Positions 27,615 through 41,522 of a DNA stretch of 64,000 nt are shown here, piece by piece. The position numbers and the translations under genes are program-made. The notes beneath the pieces were generated by a model that saw only the letters and a list, made by a program, of their open reading frames with translations, searched no databases and was not told the DNA's origin. How positions within the stretch are numbered: the first letter of the stretch is position 1; each line of letters opens with the position of its first letter. Source of the stretch: Octopus vulgaris (Eukaryota); NCBI GenBank assembly GCA_951406725.2, contig OX597827.1, positions 54,498,001 to 54,562,000 on the forward strand. The letters are read 5' to 3'.

Positions 27615-28439
27615 ACACAGTATATGCTTTTATGTGCTACTGTTAGTTTCATGAGATGAAAGCATGCGAAACAGTATTTTTTAACACATCTGGTGTCTCA
27701 ATGCAATCTTCAGGTATTGTCCACATAGCATAACAAGCTAAAAACAGGATGATAGGATGAGAGAGAAAGTGGTACAGCTGCTCTGTTCAGAAAGTGTAGT
27801 GCTTTCCAATTCATCAACAGGAGCTTAGCCATATGCTTTTATCTGCTGAAAAGTTCAGATCTAGAATTCAGCAGTGTCACTTCTAGATCCAAAAGTAGTG
27901 GAAAATAGTCGAAAAATTCACACCATGTGTCAACAGATCAAAAAAATGTAAGCTATACATGGCTGAAAGAACTATAATTCCCTGCTTTTGCTTCTTTGTG
28001 CTTTCTTTTTCATTTTCCAGGCTTTCACCAATAATCCCTACTTTTTTCTCATCTTTTCTCACTTTTTTTCTCATCCTATCGTCCTCTATCTAAAAATTCA
28101 AAAAATAAAAAAGTCACAAGGAGATATGGGTTGTTTAAAGCAGAATTCTGCCTATATATAAATATATACTCATACATCATCATCATCATCATCAATGCAT
28201 ACATATTTATATACACCTATAGATGCACATACATATACATATGTGTGTATGCCCGTGAGAGTGTGTGAATATGTATGCATGCTCGTATTTTGTTTACATT
28301 TTTCAGATTAATGAAATCAGTAAAATATGTTATTCTTTATTTGGAAAGGAAAATAAGGTTTATATCAGAATGGATAAAAATTTTTTTAAATGGATGGAAA
28401 TGAATGAAAAATACTTTTTTTTATATTCATGCATACACA

Positions 28440-28497
<58 letters not shown>

Positions 28498-28589
28498 GGG
28501 GTGAAGGGTCTATGTATGCAATGCATGCATTGCATGCCTTAGTATTTTTCCATGATAAATAATTTTTGTGTAACATACAATTGGTTATT

Positions 28590-29125
28590 CTTTTACTCTT
28601 TTACTTGTTTCAGTCATTTGACTGCGGCCATGCTGGAGCACCGCCTTTAGTCAAGCAAATCAACCCCAGGATTTATTCTTTGTAAGCCTAGTACTTATTC
28701 TATCGATCTCTTTTGCCGAACCGCTAAGTTACGGGGATGTAAACACACCAGCATCGGTTGTCAAGTCTTGTTTCAGTCGGTAGATTATAGTCATGCTGGG
28801 GCACCACCTTAAATAATTTTAGCCGGGTGCTTATACTTTTTTGTTTCAAGTGCCAAACTGCTAAGTTACAGGAACATAAACACACCAATGCTGGTTGTTA
28901 AGTGTTGGTGAAGGACAAACACAGACACAAACACTCAAACACACATACACACATACACAAACACACACACATGCACACACACATATATACGATGCTTTCT
29001 TTCAGTTTCCCTCTATCAAGTCCACTTACAAGGTTTTATTTGGCCCAAGGCTATAGCAGAAGATGCTAGTGGAAGACTGAACCTGGAACTATGTGGTTGG
29101 GAAGCAAACTTCTTATCACACATCC
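28590..29125 (-). mobile_element. SINE family A (nested young 3' part plus older copy)
   Basis: Reverse complement of the family A sequence. Confidence 0.75.
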
Positions 29126-29242
29126 ATAGTTGCTTTCTAAAAAGATTTAACCAATGGAGATAATATTGTTGATCCCTTCTTAAGACCTGAATTCAGTCAT
29201 GTGACCCCAGTATTTTCTTGACTATTTCACGCATAGAGCTAA

Positions 29243-29461
29243 AAGGTGGCAAGCTAGCAGAATCACTAGGCATGCTGGGCAAAATACTTAGTAGCATTTT
29301 GTCCATTTTTATGTTCTGAGTTCAAATGCCACTAAGGTAAACTTTGCCTTTCATCCTTTAGGGGTCAATAAAGTAAGTAACAGTTGAGCACTGAGGTTGA
29401 TATATTCAACTAGCTCTCTCCCACGAAATTTCTGGCCTTGTGCCAAAATTTGAAACCAATT
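29243..29461 (+). mobile_element. SINE family B-like copy
   Basis: aaggtggcaagctagcagaatc head and gcctttcatccttt block. Confidence 0.7.
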
Positions 29462-30224
29462 ATTAAGCTAGACTTTTGATATCATTTGCGCCAAGAATCC
29501 CTTTAATAAAGGAACTTATGAATGTATAACTACGTACACACAACTGAAGCACTGTTAACCTTTCTTCTCACTATCTACCACACCCTCCCTAAGTAACTCT
29601 CACCTCATATCAATTCCTACACCAACCCATTTCTCTGAAGTAATGGAAGAGAAATAGCTGATATCTCACACACTGCCTGTCACACTCATCTCCTCTCTGA
29701 TGTAATGGAATGGAAATAACTCTTCTAATGCATGATCATAATGGCCGCCATCTTCATTAATATACTTATCACTCAGTGTATGACATAACTATTTGCACAG
29801 ATGCTAGCTGCCATTATATAAGTGATGAGATTCCAGGACTTAATGGCAATCCAGTAAATACAATACAGTGCACCAGGTGCACAAATATTGTGTGACATGT
29901 TCATCTAGGATATGATGTACATTATAATATTTTATTATAATTTAGAATTGATGGATTGGTGAAGAAGAAATGGAGCAGAAATTTAATAGGATTTAGTTAC
30001 ATCTCTTTAAGACCTGAGACCAAGTTCTGCAAAAGGTGATTTTGCTTTACATGCTTCAGGTGATCAATAAAATTAAGGAACAGTCCCCATGCTGAAATCT
30101 ATTAAAGTGACAACACTGCTCCTTCACTCCTTCTCCAGGTCATTCATAAATAACATGCATCACTCTCTCTCTTACCATCAAATATCTATACATCTAACCA
30201 TCCTTAACTTTCTCACCCTTAATT

Positions 30225-30560
30225 CCCCTCCTTTCTCTCTCTCTCCCTCCTTTCTTTTTCTCTCTCTCCCTCCTTTCTCTCTCTCACTCCTTTCTTTTTC
30301 TCTCTCTCCTTTCTCACTCTCCCTTCTTTCTCTCTCTCTCCCTCCTTTCTCTCCCTCTCCCTCCTTTCTCTCTCCCCTCTTTTCTCTCTCTCTCCTTTCT
30401 CTCTTTCCCTTCTTTCTCTCTCTCCCTCCTTTCTCTCTCTCTCTCCTTTCTCTCTCCCTCCTTTCTCTCTCTCTCCTTTCTCTCTCTCCCTCCTTTCTCT
30501 CTCTCTCTCTCCCTCTTTTCTCTCTCTCTCCTTCCTTTCTCTCTCTCTCCTTTTCTCTCA
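30225..30560. repeat. Polypyrimidine (CT/CCT)n tract
   Basis: Visible low-complexity tract. Confidence 0.9.
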
Positions 30561-31256
30561 CACCCACTAGCAAACATGTTATCATCACTACTTCTTACAC
30601 ATTAACCCCTGTCATTGCTGTCTATTTCTCCCTTTCTACTATTATTGCTGTCACTTCCATAAAGTCCTCTTCTGCTGCCCTCTTACCCTAATAACTCTGC
30701 TTCTTGCATCATGCACTTACTTGTTTGTTCCTATCACTCAAAGTTCATTTGTCATCACTTTTCTATTCACCTCCCAGTCATCTTTTCTGTTCAGCCTCCT
30801 TTCCTTGAATGAATGGAAATAGCATAGACAAGGACTCTTTAGTCTTGCAGAGTACAATCAACTCCAGTTAATAAAAGACTGACTACAATCTATAAAGTGG
30901 TTGGTGAATGAGAAGAGACAATGGAATGTCAAAAGATCCAACTATGTTGCCACAAGCTTGACAACCTCTACAGTGCTGGTTCAATAATAAAATGAACCCT
31001 GTGCACAGTATAAAATAACTAGTGTTAGGAAGGACATTTAGTTGTTGAAATCATGCCAAAATTTGAAATGTACCAGTTAAATATGATCCTCCAATCTCTC
31101 TCGGAGGGTAATGACTCTGAATAAGAGCTGTCTCGGATGAAAAAATATGTATTAGTGGCAGAGGCAGTATTAATACGGAGATATAATATATATCCCCACT
31201 TAAACATGGATGTTCTGTTAGAACAGACTATACTGCAGTAGATACCGTGAGAGAAA

Positions 31257-31314
<58 letters not shown>

Positions 31315-31539
31315 AATATTAGGGAGTATAACTCCAAACTTACAGGGAAAAATTCAATTTAGATAGAGAAAAACTACTATTATGCAATTCAAACAATGAT
31401 AGACATAAACCAAATCATTAATGAAAAATAAAATATATTTTTAAAAACATATAACTAGATCACAAAAAGTACAAAAATGAATAAGCAAAATATAATGATA
31501 AGTAAAAAAAATTAATAAACAATATATAATAAGTAAAAA

Positions 31540-31641
31540 AACTACGTACGTTTCATGGCTATAATTTAAATTCGAATTACAATTAAATTTAAATTTAATG
31601 AAAAAACAATTCAATTTAAAATTATAGTCACTCTTCAGGTT
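31540..31641 (-). ncRNA. Putative minimal type I hammerhead ribozyme (Penelope-like)
   Basis: Minus strand: aac-CTGAAGA-[~22-bp stem II]-GAAA-C-gtac-G-TA-gtt. Core is intact and stem III has a palindromic tetraloop. Confidence 0.55.
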
Positions 31642-33227
31642 AACAATAATGACAATAATAGTTAAATAAATAAGCAAATAGAATTAAACAATTAATTAAT
31701 AGAATTAAGAATATTGTTACACATTACAATTAATATTCAACTATAAGGTAACTATATAAACCATGGTTTATATGTATATATTTATTTAAAAAAGATTAAA
31801 AAATAGAGCCAATTAATATATTATTATTTATTAATTAAAAGATTGTTACTTATTAATTTTTAAAAATTGACAACAATGACTGAAACAGGTGAAAAGAAAA
31901 AGAAATGTAAATATATCATTCAACCATGGTAGTGGTTGAATATATTCTTAAGTCCACCATTTCATCAATTGCAGCAGCTTCCAAGCTTCACCACCAATTC
32001 AGTTCTGAACTAAATTGCAAACTGCTAACAGTTTTAAAGAGGACCCCTCCTCAGCTATACTTTGACATAAATAGTTTGAGATTTGGTTCTGTAGAAAAAA
32101 GTTAAATCAAAATATCTGCGACCTCAAGGATGGCAGTAAGGCACCTATTCATTTTCAATTAATATAATTTTTTTTATTTTAAAATAAAAGTATACTTTTC
32201 TTAGGCTTAAATGATAGAAAAATGCATGAGGAATTCAGAATCGTTAGTCACATTGAACAAAAATTTGTAGAAAAAAGTTATGAGGTGAAATGTCATGAAA
32301 TTTATTGTCAGTGAGGAAGTAAGAAGTAACGCCCCAAGCAATAATGTTAAGATAAGAATATATTTCTAAAATGAATGCTTATATTCCAATGTGGTGAGTT
32401 GGCAGAAAAATTAGTGTGCAGGGCATAAAGCTTAGTGGTATTTTGTCTGTCTTTTCATTCAGAGTTCAAATTGCACTGAGGCTGACTTTAACTTTTGTAT
32501 ATTTTACCTTTATAATTAAGTCTTTAATAAAGTTATTTTTAATATGTTGTTGAATTAGGGTAAGTTTAACTTTTATTATTAATTTTCTCTTTCAGCTTTA
32601 ATTAACTTGATTTCTGCTTTTTTGCTTTTCCTTTTTAGTTACTTTCCTTTTCTTTTTAGTTAATTATTTAATCAGACCGGTTCATTAATGTGTTATTTGC
32701 TTCAGATATGTGCATCTAAATTTATTGAGGCAAGAATATAGTCATTTTTGGCTGTGTCTCTATGGGCAGACCTGAAGGCATGTAGTAAGGCTGTCAAGAA
32801 AAGGCATTGGTTAAAAGTGCTTATATTCTAAATTTACTTTTCAAATTTCAAAATTAATTAAAAGAGATTTTTCATAAATCAAATTTATATTAAGGGGATG
32901 TGGGTAATTTTACTTGTGATATCAGATATGCTTTTATAATTACTGTTGTATTGAATAATTATTGATAGATCTAGATTAGCAGCAGTCAGTGCTATTATCA
33001 CCAACTCAAAATCTAGGTTACTTAAGGCGAGCCTGGTAACTGATTGTTTTAGGGTCTTGTTTGTAACTTTTGGTGAGCCATGGTGCAACCAAGAAGATGG
33101 TAAAATTCCTAGCCATTAATTTGGTGTGGATGGGTAATATCAAATAATTCAATCACAACATATATTTAAATTAAACATGAAATATTATCATCACTTACAT
33201 AGAAAAATTGAAATATTATAAACTAAG

Positions 33228-33253
33228 TAGGGTTAGGGTTAGGGTTAGGGTTA
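33228..33253 (+). repeat. Interstitial (TTAGGG)n telomere-type repeat, ~4 units
   Basis: tagggttagggttagggttagggtta. Confidence 0.8.
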
Positions 33254-33341
33254 CCTCTTCCACTGCTAACTTGGTCACTTAAATTATTAATCGACACATT
33301 ATTAATTATTTTATAACAGCAATGCCTGGAAAAATCATGGA

Positions 33342-33860
33342 TTACATGGAAAAATGCGAGCATGAAAGTAATATTCTTAAGATTATAAACCTGGGAAAGT
33401 ACAGGACAAGTTATTACACCTGGAAAAATATAGCACGAGCTATTACTTCTAGTAAAGTAAAGAATACAAAACATTTTACTGAAAATATTACAGCTAAAAT
33501 TAAAATTTGAATATTAAAAATTATTTTATTATTGTTTACAAATGACACTATACTTATTTAAGTAGAATTTGGGTAATTTACTACCTTAAATACAGAAAAA
33601 AGTGACTAATTAGATAAACTTACAAATTAGCTGAACAGTTTTGTACAATAAATTTAAAAGATGAGAACTGTAAAGAGTGATAAATTAGAGGAACTGGCAT
33701 TCTGTGCTGCAATATTTTAAGTAAAAAGTTTCTTATTCTTTACTTTACTTCAAGTAATAGCTTGTCTTATATTTTTCCATGTGTAATAACTTGTTGTGTA
33801 CTTTTCCAGGTTTATAATCTTAAGAATATTACTTTTCATGCTCGCATTTTTCCATGTAAT
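33342..33860. repeat. Inverted repeat (~140-bp arms, ~240-bp spacer)
   Basis: attacatggaaaaatgcgagcatg...cattttact mirrored at ~33720-33860. ORFs 33322(+) and 33750(-) give the same peptide. Confidence 0.85.
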
Positions 33861-33919
33861 ATATATGTATGTATGCATATGTGTATATATGTACGTATGT
33901 AAGTATTTATGTATGTATT

Positions 33920-33997
<78 letters not shown>

Positions 33998-35435
33998 TGC
34001 ACGCGTGCACACACACACACACAAACACATGCACACACATGTACATATGTATCATTATGTTTGCAGATAAATAAACATTAGACTATAACGATCATATTCT
34101 AGAAACCATAAATTCTAATTTTTATGTGGCATGGGTGCAGTCAGTGTACTAAACTAGCATCCTAACAAGCAAGAAATTTATTTCTCAACTGCTCCATATT
34201 ACTGAAAACCAAAGCTCTGATGTCATTAGATTTTTGTGATTCAGAAAGGATTTGATTCTATGAAAATTACCATTATTTACCATTTATTTGATAGTTTCAC
34301 CTAAGAGTCTGTTTTACCATCTACCCACTGTGTAGTAGTTCCTTCCAAGAGAACTAAGTCAGTATTATATTTCACTACTTACATGGAAGAATTCATTATA
34401 AATTAAAGGATATACAAAAAGGGATTGATTTTCCTTGGAAAAAAAAAAACAAAAGTGTATCTTTAATTACTCTATAATGAGAACATAATGAGCATGCATT
34501 TCCTTGACATGAGAATTTTTTTTTTTTTGTCTAGAACTAGATCTAGACATGAAATGAATATGGTCTCTTGAGAAATATTTAATTATTTAATTTTATTCTA
34601 AATTTTTACTTATTTATCTATTTATTTATTTATTTATTTATTTATTCGTGCAGATTATTTAGACTTAGAATCTGGAGGAAAAAAGTTTAAATAAGTCATA
34701 AATGTTTCACAAATATTTGCTTCCTGAATTATTTCAAGACAGCAACCAAATTTTACTTTACATGCTGTGAGTAGAAAGAGTATTTACTTAGCAAAAACAA
34801 AATTGTTGTGATTTAAAAAATCATCTTCACAATCTTTATTTTCAACCAATTCTTTAAAAAGATTTGATATCTTTTAAAGTTTTATTTATTAAGCTACTCG
34901 CAGTGTGGTAATGAATGGGAAAAGTTCCCTGTCCTTATAATAGTGTTTTGTTAATTTGGTTAATGATAATCCTTCTACTTTGTTTTTATCTAGATATTCA
35001 TTTTCTATAGTTCTTCACTCCAACTCAGCTGAATTTATTCAGAAATATAACAGAGATATAACATTAAAAATTGGATTAAAATTTGTCAAGTCATAGATAA
35101 AAGTGAATGCTATCAGTAAGCCATCATAACTAGTTGCTCTAAAGGCAAAACTCAAGCTGGTTAAGAAAAGCAGAGGAAAACAAATTGATTTTGACAAAAA
35201 TATAGCCGATGATCACAAAGATCTTGAATCAATAAGTCAGTAAAAGAGAAAAGGTTATACTATTAGATCATCTGATACTTGTTCAAAGCTACTTCTGGCC
35301 ATCTAGAAATTAAGTATCTCTTCTACTAAAACAAACTGTCTCCTTTTATGGCAACTGTCTTATACCAAGCAGAAAGCAAAGCATGAAATAAGAATTGTAT
35401 TTTACAATACAAGATCAGTATCCAGAGATTGACAC

Positions 35436-35546
<111 letters not shown>

Positions 35547-35819
35547 CAAAAAAACTTTTTGGTTCTTTAAATAAAACTAACCAAAGTATTTCTGGCTGTC
35601 ATAAAAATATCTTCAAAACAAGAAAGAGACCCGAGTGGGAGAAAGGTTAACACCATGTTGGTTTAAATGGATTTCAGATTTTATGATTAATACATACTAA
35701 AGAGATGTGATACATGCTAAAATGTTGGTAGCTTCATGTGTAAATACATGTGGGAGACTATGAAAGTAAAGAATATAATGAGACAGCTTCTAAAAATCTT
35801 TCAGTGTATATTCTTTTCT

Positions 35820-36225
35820 ACTCTAAGGACAAGACCCGAAATTTTGGGGGAGGGGGGAGGAGGCAGTCGATTAGGTCGACCCCAGTACACAACTGGTACT
35901 TAATTTATCAGCCCCCCACCAAAAAAAAAAATGAAAGATAAAGTTGACCCCAGCAAAATTTGAACTCAGAACATAAAGACAGACGAAATACCTATTTCTT
36001 TACTACCCACAAGGGGCTAAACAAAGAGGGGACAAACAAGGACAGACACATGGATTAAGTCGATTACATTGACCCCCAGTGTGTAATTGGTACTTATTTA
36101 ATCGACCCCGAAAGGATGAAAGGCAAAGTCGACCTCGGCGGAATTTGAACTCAGTACATAGCGGCAGACGAAATACTGTTAAGCATTTCGCCCGGCGTGC
36201 TAATGGTTCTGCCAGCTCGCCACCT
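35820..36225 (-). mobile_element. SINE family B dimer
   Basis: Two family B bodies in tandem. Confidence 0.75.
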
Positions 36226-36525
36226 TTCTTTGAGTGTATATTGTGTGCACTAAGGTAATCCAAAAGATGCCTGTTGCATGGTGGCATTAATAGAATGTAT
36301 GTCACAAATATAGATACAAACAGCTATAATAATCATAATAATCACAAAAACAAAGTCAGATATAAAAGCTTGTTGCACATCCTGTAATTTGTGGTTTATT
36401 ATAAGCAAAAGCATAATTCTTGTTTTGTTGCTATATAATGATAGCAATACTTTTGTAAATTTTTAATTTCCAAGGACACGTGTCTGCATTGGAATGCACC
36501 ATCCCCTAAATGTCTAATGTAGGGC

Positions 36526-37125
36526 ACATTTATGTTTCTGAATCATCATCATCACCACCACCACCACCACCACCACCACCACCGCCGCCACCACCATCAA
36601 CCACCACCACCAACCACCACCAACACCACCACCACCACCACCACCATCACCACCCCTAACCACCATCAACCACCACTACCAACATTTATGTTGCTGAATC
36701 ATCATCACCACCACCACCACCGCCACCACCATCAACCACCATCACCAACCACCACCAACCACCAACCACCACCAGCACCCCCACCACCACCACCAACAAC
36801 AACAACAACACCAGCACCAACACCACCACCAACACCAACACCACAACCACCACCACTACTACTACCAACATATATGTTTCTGAATCATCATCATCACCAC
36901 CACCACCACCAACAACAACAACAACCACCACCACCATCATCACCATCATCATCGTCGTCATCATCATCACCACCATCATATAGATCAAGTGGGGTAATCT
37001 ATATAAGGAGGTAAAACAGAAATAGTCCTCAGTCAGAAAGATGCCACCACCAAATAAATGTCACATCATCATCGTCGTTGTCATCGTCATCATAACCACC
37101 ACCACCACCACCATCATCATCATCA
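36526..37125. repeat. (CCA/CAT)n array with higher-order units
   Basis: acat(t/a)tatgtt(t/g)ctgaatcatcatca recurs at 36526, 36682 and 36868. Confidence 0.85.
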
Positions 37126-37975
37126 TCTTTTAAACCCCAAACCCCTTTTATCCATGCTGGCATAGGCTGGATAGTTTGACAAGAGCTGACCAGCTAGAGG
37201 GCTGTCCTGGCTCCATTTGTGTTTTGGTATGGTTTCTACAGCTGGATATTTTTTTCCTAACATCAACTGCTTTACAGTGTGTACAGGATGCTTTTTCATG
37301 GCCCTGGCATGGGCACTTTTCTGTGGCACCAGCATGGGCACTTTTACATGTCACTAGCACAGGTACTTTTATGTGACACCAGCACTCAAGAGCCCACAAG
37401 ACTAGTATCTCTTGGCTGACAAAGGAATGTAGAGGACATGTCTGTACACATGGACAGCTTAATTTTACTTAGCTTGGTGTATCTTCTCAAGCACAGCAAA
37501 CCACCAGACACCTCAGTCCCTTGTCATTGCCTCTGTGAGGCCCAATGTCAGTAGATCTTTTTTCACCACTTCACCCCACATCTTCCTGGGTCCGTCTCTT
37601 CCACACATTCCCTCCACAATTAAAAAATAGCACTTTTGATCCAGATGTCCTCATCCATACACATAACATGACCATACTAGTGCAGTCTTCTCTCTTGCAT
37701 GTTACATCTGGTGCCTTGTATCCCAAATTTTCCTTTCAAACCACTTTCATTTTGTCATACATGCACACTGACATTAATACATCCAATAGAATATGCTGGT
37801 TTCATTTCTTTCAAGCCTTTGCACATCTTCAGTAGTCATAGCCCATGTCTCACTTCCATTTAGCATAGCTGTTCATAGACAGGCATCATACAATCTACCT
37901 TTCTCTCTGTTGCCAACAAAGTAACAGCTCTCTGAACTTTGCCCAGCCTATTCTTATTCTAGCAGCCACACTTAC
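37110..37975 (-). mobile_element. Degenerate RTE-type LINE 3' fragment
   Basis: Same 3' UTR as 17723, plus decayed C-terminal coding sequence. Confidence 0.65.
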
Positions 37976-38183
37976 AGTATTACATCTTCAGCTGGCAAAA
38001 GATGAGTAGTTTCTGTATTTCAAAAGGCCAGCCTTGTCACATTGTGTTATACTGAATTTCCTTGAGAACCAACTACATTATGCTTTCCGAAATCCGCCCT
38101 CATGCTTTCCGAAATCCGCCGAAACTACACCTGATTATATATACACTTTAGATGAGTTGTAGTGCACCTGAGCACTGTACACA

Positions 38184-38272
<89 letters not shown>

Positions 38273-38561
38273 GAGTATGCGTGTCTGTGAAGTGCTCATC
38301 CACTCGCATGTTGATTTCACAAGCCGGCTGCTCCGTTCATCGGATCAAATGGAACACTTGTCATCATAACCAATGGAGAACCATTATGGGGAAACATAGT
38401 TTAACTGGCAAATAACAAAATTATGGGGTGGGAGAATGGATATACTGCAAGAAAGGAATTAAGTTGTTGAAGTAGCATATAAACTAAAAAATACATCGAT
38501 GTCTCAGCTAAACTTGTTTTTAGATAGAATTGGCATAGTTTATTGTCTCAGTTTCGTATAT

Positions 38562-38911
38562 ACTCTTACTCTTTACTCTTTTACTTGTTTCAGTCATTTG
38601 ACTGGAGCACCGCCTTTAATCGAGCAACTCGACCCCGGGACTTATTCTTTTGTAAGCCCAGTACTTATTCTATCAGTCTCTTTTGCCGAACCGCTAAGTA
38701 ACGGGGACAAAAACACACCAGCATCGGTTGTCAAGCAATGCTAGGGGGACAAACACAGACACACAAACACACACATGCATATATATATATAAGCTTTGGT
38801 TGGCCCGAGCCTATAGTAGAAAACACTTGCCCAAGGTGCCACGCAGTGGGACTGAACCCGGAATCATGTGATTGGTAAACAAGCTACTTACCACACAGCC
38901 ACTCCTGCGCC
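38562..38911 (-). mobile_element. SINE family A copy (internally deleted)
   Basis: Reverse complement of family A. Confidence 0.8.
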
Positions 38912-39149
38912 TCTTCCACTTGTTTGAAATACTAACTGGAGGAATTATGAAAATAATAGCACAAATATATATCTTATTTGAGCTCCTTAGTGCATGTTCT
39001 CATGCTTTCGCTTGCACAAACAAATGCTCCTCACATGTGCTGAAAAAGCAAATGTTCATAGAAGTAACACAGGAATTTAAAACATCCTGATGTCTCAGCT
39101 AAATTTCCTTTTAGACCAAATTTGCATAGCTCATTGTATGAAATTGCAT

Positions 39150-39750
39150 ATACATTGGCATGCACGCATATATACATATATGTGTGTATATATATATATA
39201 TATGTATATATATATTGATGTATGTATGTTTGCGTGTGTGTGTGCTTGTGTGTTTGTGTATGTATGCATGTATGTATGCATGTGTGCATGTATGTATGTA
39301 TGTATGTATGTATGCGTGCATGTATGTATATGTATGTATATATATGCATGTATGTATGCATGCGTGTATGTATGTATGTATGCATGCATGTATGTATGTA
39401 TGCATGTATATATGCATGTATTTATGCATGTATGTATGTATGCATGTATGTATGTATGCATATATGTACGTATGCATGCATGTATGTATGCATGTATGTA
39501 TGTATGCATGTATGTATGTATGTATGTACTTATGCATGTATTTATGCATGTATTTATGCATGTATATATGCATGCATGTGTGTGTATGTATGTGTGTATG
39601 TGTGTATGCATGCATGTATGTATGCATGTATTTATGTATGCATGTATGTATGCATGCATGTATGTATGTATGTATGTATGCATGCATGTATGCATGTATG
39701 TATGTATGCATGTATATATATATGTATATACGTATGTATGTATGTATGTG
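39150..39750. repeat. (TATG/CATG)n array
   Basis: Visible repeat. Confidence 0.95.
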
Positions 39751-40154
39751 AGAGATAAAGTGTTAAATGGTGTGAGAGAAACAGTAAGATAAGTAGATGT
39801 ACAAACAGATAGATCAAAGAGGAATGTTCAAAAACAAATAAGGATGAAATGAGGAATGCTTTGTTACTCTCATCCTTGTTTTCCCCCAATATCCTCAAAA
39901 GCATTATCAATGCATTTAATCAGATTTTCTATCATCTGCAATCTAGTCTCCATACAAACTACATTCTAATAATTAGGAAAGATATTGTGCCTGCTATTAA
40001 CCGCTTTGACAGGCAAACAGTTCAAGGGTTTCTTTTATGCAGTTGTTTGATTTGCTAGATATAGCAACCAAATAACACTACTGTTTTCAAAAAGGAAAAC
40101 TATGTCGGAGAATATAGTTCTGGAAGAAAAACATTGCATTGAGCTAAGTAAGGC

Positions 40155-40488
40155 ACTTGTGCTGGTGACATATAAGAGGCACCTGTGCTGGTGACACGTG
40201 AAAAGCACCCATGCCGGTGACACATACAATCACCAGTACCAGTGACATGTAAAGGGCACCCATGCTGGTGACACATAGATGACACCCATGCTGGTGACAT
40301 GTAAAAGGTGCCTCTGCTGGTGACATGTAAAAGAACCCATGCTGGTGACACTCTGTGGAGTGGTTGGCATTAGGAAGGGCATCCAGCTGTTGAAACCAAA
40401 GAAGATTGGAGCCTGGTGCAGCTCTCCAACTTACCAGCTCCAGTCAGTCCATCTAACCCATGCCAGCATGGAAAACAGAAGCTAAATA

Positions 40489-40522
<34 letters not shown>

Positions 40523-40603
40523 CGACGACGACGATGATGATGATGATGATAATGACAATGACGACAGCGACGGCGACGATGACAACGATGATGATGATGA
40601 TGC
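40155..40603 (+). mobile_element. RTE-type 3' UTR with ~24-bp minisatellite and (GAT)n tail
   Basis: About 8 units of (g)cacccatgctggtgacatgtaaa, then ggttggcattaggaagggcatccagc...gatgatgat. Confidence 0.75.
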
Positions 40604-41481
40604 ATAATTCAGTACAACTTTAGTGCGTCCTAAGCAGGGTCATAGCCAGATTCTAAAGTTAGTGAGAGTGAGCACGTAAAGATAAGACACTGTAACACAT
40701 ACCAAACAAATTTAAACTCATTACTAATACATTTTATAGAAATCCACCAATTTTGAAAAATTTGCTAGGTATGAACAGTTGCTCTCCTTGCTCCCCCATT
40801 AGCTATGGCATTGGCCCTATTTTTTTGGCAATGTCCTTAACACCACTGTCCTCTGTATGTTAGCAACCAGCTGGTTGTTGCTTGTTACAATGCTCTCTCC
40901 TATGCAGATGATATTATCTGCTAGTTCTCTTTAACCTGCAGCACATTTCTTCTCCATGTGCAACTTCATCACCTCATGTCAAACATAATCTAGTTTCATT
41001 CAAAACCACAAATTCACAGTTCAAACTAAGGATAACCATCTTGTACCTCACAATGTAGGTTGTCACTTGGACAACCTACATTTAAAATCTTCAATTGCTC
41101 CAAATTCTAGGCTACCTTAATCTTTGATAATCTTTCATGGTGATCCCACATTACATGACATAGCTAAAACATTCACCCAAAAGACAAGCCCTCCTCTTCA
41201 GGACTGGTAAATGCTTCAGATTCAATCAGTTAAATAAAGCACGGGTGCTTTTCAATCAGACCCTCAATTAAATTCAATAAGATGGTTTCCTCCCATCCAA
41301 TAGACAGGAATGGGGAGATGTGAGGGGACTCAGAGACAGTGCATTTACAAGTGTAAGAGGATCAAATTATAATGCTATATAATGATCAGCATCAGTGATT
41401 TTGTCGATTGCAAACCACTGGTATATGATGTCATAGTCATGTGGATATGTCATGTGGTAGGTCAGATCAAGTGGGGTAATC

Positions 41482-41515
41482 TATATAAGGAGGTAAAACA
41501 GAAATAGTCCTCAGT
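41482..41515 (+). promoter_or_regulatory. TATA box plus TCAGT initiator upstream of VP1
   Basis: TATATAA at 41482-41488 and TCAGT at 41511-41515 (Inr A 31 nt from TATA start), ATG at 41523. Two gtcatgtgg motifs at 41436 and 41449. Confidence 0.7.
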
Positions 41516-41522
41516 CAGAAAG

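Noticed and set aside
30089-30691. 200-aa Leu/Ser-rich and Arg/Glu-rich ORFs
   Set aside because: Translations of the CT tract.
40155-40352. Regularly spaced ~24-bp repeats resembling a CRISPR array
   Set aside because: No unique spacers and no cas genes. It is a minisatellite in a retroelement 3' UTR in eukaryotic DNA.
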